64,000 nt of DNA from Lama glama (lineage: Eukaryota), in the NCBI GenBank assembly GCA_028534125.1, contig CM052816.1:57290001-57354000 (forward strand), written 5' to 3'. Below, piece by piece: positions 56,442 through 64,000 of this stretch. Each line of letters begins with the position of its first letter. Positions within the stretch are counted from its first letter, which is position 1. The position numbers and the translations under genes were made by a program. Under the pieces are notes generated by a model. The model was not told the origin of the DNA. It saw only the letters and a program-made list of their open reading frames with translations, and made no database searches.

Positions 56442-56849
56442 TAATTATAGGTTTCCATTACTGTTGTGCTGTTTTTATTTCTCCTCACATCTGATCACTT
56501 TTTGCTTACCTCTGTGGACTAGATACCTACTAAAATTCTTTCAACTCAAGTAGTCTTTAATTTTTTCACACCAATTTTTTCAAAGGCAAGCCTTTATTCC
56601 CTTCCCCTGTATAAGTCTCCACATCACCATATTTCTATAAGTTTCTTAGGGTGCTTCTGTTAACTGTTCCAGAATTATTAAATCAGCATGGTTAATCTCA
56701 GGAGTTATGTGATGACTCAACAAACTACCTCCAAAAAACAAAACAAAATAAAACTACTTCCAAAGGACTTATGCTAACCAAAAATGCTGGTTGACACAAA
56801 GCATACTGTTCTCCTATGCCTTTGCCTAAATAATTACCTCTGAAATTCC

Positions 56850-56876
56850 CTGCTCTACCAGCTGAGCTATCGAAGG
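56850..56876 (-). pseudogene. 5' fragment of tRNA-Tyr (tailless retropseudogene candidate)
   Basis: CCTTCGATAGCTCAGCTGGTAGAGC matches nt 1-25 of vertebrate cytosolic tRNA-Tyr(GTA) as recalled. Confidence 0.75.
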
Positions 56877-57146
56877 GTGCATAAATAATTTAAGTAGTTC
56901 TGAAAGGACTGGAGCATTTAGGATTTAGTCTGGGGCTGGAAAAGAACCCACATAGCAAATTTTTATCGTTTCATATCAATGTTCTAAAATCCTTCCCCTG
57001 CACTTGAACTTAGGCAGACTAAATCAGTATCACTTTCTCAATTTCAATGATTAAGGCAAAAGTAAAAATATACCACCCCTCCACGTCCCCTCAAATTCTA
57101 AGAGTCTCCCAGTAAAATCTGGTTCCATCTAAAACACTATGTACTA

Positions 57147-57283
57147 GGGCGGAAGGTATAGCTCAAGTGGTAGAGCGCACACTTATCATGCATGAGGTCC
57201 TGGGTTCAATCCCCAGTACTGCCATTAAAAATAAATAAATAAATAAACAGATAAACCTAATCACCTTCCCCCACCAAAAAAAT
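57147..57283 (+). mobile_element. tRNA-derived SINE (Vic-1-like)
   Basis: ggtatagctcaagtggtagagcgc...gaggtcctgggttcaatccccag, (TAAA)n tail. Confidence 0.85.
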
Positions 57284-57994
57284 TAAAATATAATTTTATA
57301 ACATCTATCTGTTGTCTACTTGAACCAAGTTGGATGAATCTGCAGTTTGCTCTTCCATAGCTTGTTGCAGTTGGAAATAGTTTGGGCATAGTTAACTGGC
57401 CAACAGTTACACAATAACATGTTATCTTAGTGTATGCTATATGCTTATATATACATAGGTTATCCCTGGAAAACTACATAAGAAATTGGTAACAGTGATT
57501 GCCTTTTGGAAGATCCTGATGGGTGGATAAAAGGAGGAAGATTTTATACTATATTTCCTTTTGCAACTTTTGAATACTGAACGCTGTAAATTTTGCAAAT
57601 CTGTTAATTAATGTATACATGTAAATATATAAACACTTAAAAACTTAAGAATATCTAATGGGGTCATATCCTAAGCAAGTACCCCAAACTATAATACTCG
57701 GAAATTTCAAGAATTAGTAAAAAGTAAGTCTATATTCTGGGTTTCTATGGTCACCTCAACTAATTTTCTAAAGATATATTTTTTAAATTTTCATATGGAT
57801 TATTAACTGCAAAGAATATGTGCATGTGTGTGTGTCTATGGTTACTAGTCTCTTTGTAGGATACTAAATTTAGAATGAATAACCAAGGAAAAACATCATA
57901 ATGTTTTGCATTCCAAAGTCCTATTAATAGCAATTCCAGATTTTTAAAAATATTTTAATCCTCCGAGTTTATCCATGTAATGGTAGATCAAATT

Positions 57995-58100
57995 CTGGAT
58001 ATACAGTACTAATCATTTTATATAAGGGACTTGGGTATCATGCAGATTTTGGTATCCTCAAATGGAACCAACCCCCAAGCATATCAAGGAAGAACTGTAT
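57995..58100. mobile_element. MER2-like fragment
   Basis: cattttatataagggacttg...gattttggtatcc...ggaaccaacccc...actgta. Confidence 0.65.
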
Positions 58101-59799
58101 AACCAAGTGCTCTGAATTTATTTAAAAGCAAAGCATGACAATACTGGTGAAATAAACAGATAAATGGAATGAGACTTCTGTACTGGATAAATAGTAAAAG
58201 AAATAAAATAAGGAAAAATTTCAGGACAAAATACCTAAAATAATAGTTGTTCATTTATTCTTGACGTACTGAATGGAGATCTTTGGAAAAAGTCACCTAA
58301 ATAAAATTATCACATTATACTTCACATTATACATTATAATGTGATGTATACTACAGGATACTTGGTGTCTTTCAGAGAATGCTTTATATCTTATATAGAC
58401 TGGGATTATTATGTAAAATGAGGTTTTTAAGGTATTTAAATCAGGTATGTTGTGCTTGGTTTTTCCCCTTAAATAATTATCACTATGAAAAAAAATTTTT
58501 AAGGTACACATTCAACACCTGAATTAAATAATCTGAGTTTACATAAAAATATAAAGCTATTTTAATCACTACAGTGTAATATTGTGAAATAATTTCAAGA
58601 GTATTATAAACTAGTACTTGACTCTGAGAAAGAAGCAGTATATGGAGACACTGGCTCACTGTATTATCGGTTGATTTCTTTTTAAAGTTATGTAATTTTT
58701 CAAAGGGCTAACAATTCTATATATTTAAGGTAATGGTGTGGATTTTTGCTATCAAAATTGTTTTTGCCATCCAATTTCAATTGAAAAGAAAAACATTTTC
58801 AACTTGATTATCAATGGCAGTATTCTTCATAGCAAAAACTGACTTATCAGCAACAAAACACCTGCTATGTAAGAAGTTTTGGATATGTCTTTCTCTTCAA
58901 AGTATAGAATTAAGTAAAGGAATTTGTAACGTAACATATAGTTTTAGTTAAGAAAAACTATAAAGAAAAAAAGCAGGATGTGCTGCTTTCAAAAGAGCCT
59001 GTAGAGAGTTTGAATGATTCAAACTTTCCTCTAACAAAATGCCACAACAAAAAGATTTGTCTTTTTATATGTAGGGAAAAAAACAATTAATAGCTTGTTT
59101 GGTTAGAAACCTAAAACTTGAAAAGTTCCCATTACTTCACTTTGACAAGTTTTATTTTGTTTTGACACTGTCACTTTAAACATTACAGGAGAAAAGTAAA
59201 AATAATATTGTAAATTCCCTATTTTAAGAAATTATTTTATAAATGATCCTGAAATACATAAATTTTTAAGTTGTCTTAGATAGCTATCAAATTCTGAGAA
59301 GTTATTTAATTCCTACAGTTTCCCAGTTCATTCAGCCCTCCCTTGAAGCTTTTTAAGGTTCAATATAGACTTTTCAGTCCCAATCAGGTTCGTAAGTAAA
59401 ATAAATTGCAGCCTATTTTAACTATCTGTACTCAATACTGGAAGTGAAAGCAAAAACTTAGCATAAATTACACTTGGGATTTTCTCTAGATTTCAGGTAT
59501 CTAAATTTATTCCCATTCCTCTTCTAAAAGAGACAAACAAGGGACAAAAAAACCTGTACAAAAATGTTTATAGGAGTATTACTCATAATAGCCAAAAACA
59601 CCAAAAGGCTATATTCAAAACTCAATAAACAAAAAACGAAAGATAACTTTAGCACGTTAATGTGCAATTTGGAATTAAGTTAGCAAACTTCAAAAACACC
59701 TTCACGCATCCAGAAAAATGCAAAACATTATAAGAATGTCAAATTTTAAATGATTCTTATAAAAGTTTTATAACTTGCCACTCTAAAACCTGAAGTCTA

Positions 59800-61045
59800 A
59801 AATCGATAGGCTAAACCTAATATTCATATGGAAAATCAAGGGACCCAGAATAGCCAAAATAATCTTGAAAAAGAAGAAAATTTGGAGCACTCACATTTCC
59901 ATTCCAAACTTATTACAAAAATATAGTAATCAAAACAGTGTGGTACTAGCTTAAAGAGAGACAATGGGATCAAATGAAAATCCAGAAATAAACTCAAACA
60001 TCTATCATCACCTGATTTTCCACAAGCATGCCAAGACTATCCAATGAAGAACAGCCTTTTCAACAAATAATCCTGGAACTACAAGCTATCCACATGCAAA
60101 AGAATGAAGTTGTACCTCTTCTTGGCAACATACAGAAAAGTTAACCTCAAATGGACCACAGGTTAAGTAAGTGTAAGAACTAAAACTACATACAAAACCC
60201 ATAGAAATAACATAGAAGTAAACCTTTGTAATCTTGGGTTAGGAAACACTTCTTAGACATGACAACAAAAGCATAAGACATAACAAAAAATTAGATAAAT
60301 TTGACTTCAAGACTTCATCAAAATTAAAAACTTCTGTGCTTCAAAGAACACCATCAAGAAAGTGAAAAAGATAACCCACAGAATGGGAGAAAATATTTAC
60401 AAAATCATGTGTCTGCAAATCAAAACCAAAATGAGATACTACTTTACACCCATCCACTACAATAAAAAAAGACGGATAACAAGTGTTGTCCAGTATATGG
60501 AAAAACTGGAACCCTCAGACATTGCTAGTGGGATTGTAAAATGGTTAGAACACTTTGGAAAACGTTTGGCTGTTCCTCAAAATGTTCAACAAAGAGTTAC
60601 CATATGATCCAGCAATTCCATTCTCAAAAGAAGTGAAGACTATGTCTACACACATCCACAATGGAACAACACTATTTGGCCATAAAATGGAATGATATAC
60701 TGACGCATGCTACATCCTGGATAAACCTTGGAAACATGCTAAGTGAAAGAAGCCAGTCAGAAAGGACTACATATACAATCGCATTTATATGATTGTATCC
60801 AGAAAAGACAAATCTATATAGGCAGAAATCTACAGACTAGTTGCCTAAGACGAAGGTAGGAAGGAAATGCGTAGTGACCGCTAATGGATACCAGGATTCT
60901 TCCTGAGGTGACAAAAACTATTCTAAAAACATAGTGAGGCTCGCACAACTCTAAGAATATATGAAAAACCCTTGAATTGCACTTAAATGGGGGTGTATTG
61001 TATGGTAGGTGACTTGACCTCCAAAAAGCTGTTAAAGAAAAAACT
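59800..61045 (+). mobile_element. L1MB-like ORF2 end and 3' UTR
   Basis: attcatatggaaaatcaagggacccagaatagccaaaataatcttgaaaaag; LQIKTKMRYYFTP; gttaccatatgatccagcaattcca. Confidence 0.85.
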
Positions 61046-62110
61046 AATGTGTAGTATTTGTGTAAAACAAGGAACATTCAAGACAAATAACAATGAACCG
61101 ATTTGATTACTAAGCAAATTTATGCTTGAAACACTTAGAATTAAGAATTGAATGCACACTCCTTATTCACTGAAAGAGTACTCCTTTAAATATTTCTAAA
61201 CCTTAACTAATAGGAATTTTAGTACTTGAAACTGCCAAGCCACAAATGGGATTCAACCGAGACACCTGAGTAAACTCGTTACTTTCCTCTACACTGCTGA
61301 ACTCTACTTCCCATTACAACAAAGAATAACTGCAGAAAAACACTCCACAGGGAGACCGGGAACTCATTCTCAAAGAATCACCTAATACTAATACTGAGTT
61401 AGGAGACGCGTGGAAAGAATGAGGAAGGGGAATGAGCACAGGAGACAAGGGAAAGGCTCGGTGCATTTAAGCCGAAGGAGTCCTGTTACGTTAAATTCAA
61501 CTTTTATACGCTTTGTGAACAGGCCCAGAGGCAAGTCCTGGAAGCAGATCAACGAGCCGAGCTGCGAGGCCGAGAGGAAATGCTGATCCGGCCCAAGCCC
61601 GCACGGGAATTCGTGGGGAAACGGCGGCGGGGCCTGCCTGGCGGGAAGGAGGAGAGCCCCCTCCGCCCCGACCCGGCCGGCACTCGCCGGCAGCGCGCAG
61701 CTGGGGGCGGCCGCGCCGCGGGCCCGTCGTCCGCGTCCCAGCTGAGGAGCGCGCCCGGCGCCGGGAGTCTCCGGCGGGGCCGGGTCCCGTCTCCCGCCCC
61801 ATCAGGCGCTTTGTCCCAGCGCGGGCGGCGGGCGGCGGGCGGCGGGCGGCCCCTCGGCGTCCCCACTACGGGCTGAGGCACCGCGCTGACAGTCCCCGCC
61901 CCCCGCAAGGGCTGCAAGCCTGCGAGTCTGGGAGGCCAGCCACCCGTGGCCCGACAGGCTTCATCCAGGCGGGACGCTATAGGCGGCGGTCCGAGGACGC
62001 TGGCCCTGCCCGCGGAGCCGCCGCCGCCGCCCGAAGCACACGCAGGCCGAGGTCAGGAGCAGAACCCTCGGATTCCGAAACCCATACAGTGTCCAACATC
62101 CTTCTCTTAC

Positions 62111-62143
62111 CCAAAAATTCTCAACGAAATGCGCCATGACCAT
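62111..62143 (-). CDS. FCHO2: FCHO2 coding exon 1 (MVMAHFVENFW)
   Basis: gcacgATGG strong Kozak context; donor TGG|gtaaga; lies in the CpG island. Confidence 0.96.
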
Positions 62144-62146
62144 CGT

Positions 62147-62241
62147 GCCGCCGCCGCCGCGCCGGGTTCCGCGTCCGCGCCCTCCCGCCGCTGTGTAAAC
62201 ACCGGCCCGGCCCCCACGACGCCGCCGCCGCCGCCGCCGCC
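62147..62241 (-). repeat. Two short GGC/CGG trinucleotide runs in the FCHO2 5' UTR
   Basis: (GCC)n at about 62147-62160 and (GCC)7 at 62221-62241 on the plus strand. Confidence 0.85.
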
Positions 62242-62273
62242 TTCTTCCCGGAGGCCGGCCCGCACCCTCCAGG

Positions 62274-62349
62274 GCGCATGCGCCACCTAGCGGCCGCCGC
62301 GCGCGCGCGCGGCGAACTCTCCAACGCCACGGCTTGGTTGCGCATGCGC
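62274..62349. promoter_or_regulatory. Two NRF1-type palindromes plus an overlapping CTCF-like motif
   Basis: GCGCATGCGC at 62274-62283 and TGCGCATGCGC at 62339-62349; CGGCCGCTAGGTGGCGC (minus strand, 62280-62296) resembles the CTCF core. Confidence 0.6.
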
Positions 62350-64000
62350 TCCGGACCCTATTCCCGGGTTTTAGTCGGGTTCCTCTGCCCAGCACGGGCG
62401 CGGTTGAGAATGAGTATTCTCTTGGGAATGATGAAGAACTCGGTCTGGGAGCAGTCACCCGGGAGACTGTCCGCAAGCTTCGCGGTGCGATGCGTACCGG
62501 CTCATGGACTGAGCCAAGAGAGGAGCGGGCCAGGGACAATGGAATTAGCAGCCAGGCTGTCTGCTCTCCTCAAAAGACTCGCTCCCTGCGCTTTCGAGGA
62601 TCTCTAAGGAATCCAGGTCCGGACAAGCTTAAGATGGGGGAGACTTGGCTTCTTATCACCCGGAGGAGACTCAGAAACCTTTGGTCCACAGGGTGCCTTT
62701 CCTTGATATGGAGCTAAAAACCAAAACAAAACTTTGCGAAGCCGAAAAGGAGGAAACGCCCTGATAGCCCTGGAAGCTGCGTGAGACCCCGGCACCAAGT
62801 ACGAGGCCGAGGCCGCTGCCCTCTAGCACGCCCGGAGCAAACCAGTCCGGACTGCCGACAGCAGGAACGTGCCCGAAACGAAAGAATCTCCCTAACCCAG
62901 GCAGTTAAAAAAAAAAAAAAAAAAAGTCTCTTCCAGGACTTGTTCGTTTTAAGTCCCTGGTTCTCTTAGCAACTTGTACATTTTGGAAAAAGAAACAAGT
63001 TTAAACTCGCCTCAGCATAACAAAGAAACTAAATCCCCTCCCCACGCCTGGCTTTCCAGAGGTTAAGGGGAAAAAAATTAAACCGGGTCAATTAAGTCCA
63101 AAATCTGCAGTTCTTGAAGCCAGGTCCAGCAAATAGATTTAGTATAGCTTTGACTGTACATGCTTGTCACACCTCCCCAGATCTTATGACTTCAAACATG
63201 GTGAACACGACACCACTGTTTATGGCAGATTATTTCCATCCCCCAAAGTAAAAACTATACAGTGCCTTTCACATGGATGAGACTGTAAAGTGTTTGTTCA
63301 GTTGGAAATCATTGGATAATGGTACTGTGATTGTATCTTTTTAAGACTATCTTTTAGAAATACAGAGGATGTAATGATAAAACATCTAGGATTTGTTTTA
63401 AAGTAAATCCTTGAGGGGGGAATGAGTAGGAGTATAGATGAAACAAGAGTAGGTAATTCTTGGAGTTAGGCAATAGAAACGTGGTGATTCACTATATTAT
63501 CCTCTTTTTGAGTATGTCTACTTTTTCCTTTCCTTAAAAAGTCTTCATAAAACTATCTAGTTTGGGGAAAAGTCACCTAGTTTTGGAGAAAGTCAAACTT
63601 AGAAATTTGCCACAATTCTTTAACCAATTATTAGTCTAGCACTATTTTTTTTTAATGCCGAAGAAATTTTAAGAAAAATACAGCCATCTAGATCATCCTG
63701 CAAATGAGCTTGGCATTAAATTCTGAGTATCACTAAGCACCACCCCACTTACACCTGGACAGATGAGGGCCATATTCTGGACCCCATGCTTTAAAGGACC
63801 TTACATATCACAAACATACACATTATACTTTATTAGTAAACACATGAGTGTCTCTGCTACTCCTGATCTGAAGCTAAACACTGAGGAAACACTTTCTCGT
63901 ATCTCTTGCCCTGTGTCTTTAAAACAAAAGGTGGAACTCCAAACAGTGAAAATTTGTGTGTGCTATAGCTGCCCACAACAGAGATAGACTGCTTTGGAAT

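Larger units (their letters stand above)
16445..62143 (-). other. FCHO2: FCHO2 gene model, coding exons 1-8 (F-BAR domain of FCH and mu domain containing endocytic adaptor 2); gene continues past the left edge
   Basis: Eight exons (33+92+75+142+153+105+99+97 = 796 nt) splice into one open frame, [58 protein letters not shown]...[13 protein letters not shown]. This is recognised as the FCHO2 N-terminus. All introns are GT-AG. Confidence 0.97.
61520..62900. promoter_or_regulatory. CpG island / FCHO2 promoter and 5' UTR
   Basis: Abrupt rise in GC and CpG density around exon 1 within an AT-rich, CpG-depleted background; GC boxes; no obvious TATA box. Confidence 0.93.

Noticed and set aside
57147..57230. 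tRNA-like sequences (also at 31622, 33781, 38719, 49969) as functional tRNA genes
   Set aside because: They have A-rich tails, flanking duplications in most copies and broken stems, so they are SINE copies.
61497..62969. Multiple Arg/Pro/Gly-rich ORFs
   Set aside because: Expected from the stop-poor CpG island; only the 33-nt FCHO2 exon is supported.
63557..63597. Short imperfect tandem duplication (similar ones at 30676-30708 and 41116-41148)
   Set aside because: Ordinary two-copy slippage; not an array and nothing CRISPR-like.

Overview
Mammalian genomic DNA, most likely a camelid (five copies of a tRNA-derived SINE of Vic-1 type, plus young L1 3' ends). The window holds the 5' part of FCHO2 on the minus strand: a CpG-island promoter (about 61.5-62.9 kb) and coding exons 1-8. 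These give 796 nt, about 265 codons, covering essentially the F-BAR domain, with GT-AG introns and consistent phases; exon 9 onward lies left of the window. The introns are full of L1, L2, MIR, hAT and Tigger MITEs, LTRs and SINEs, and there is one 500-N assembly gap. I found no new multi-gene system. The most notable unexplained structures are: (1) a ~190-bp insertion rebuilt from three shuffled pieces (one inverted) of a locus 3 kb away, flanked by a perfect 23-bp duplication; (2) a candidate 19-nt frameshifting (poison) microexon in intron 6; (3) a tailless 5' tRNA-Tyr retrocopy whose match breaks at G26; (4) a twin-primed 5'-inverted L1; (5) a polyadenylated LTR-end retrocopy. Repeat family names come from remembered consensus motifs and their boundaries are approximate.
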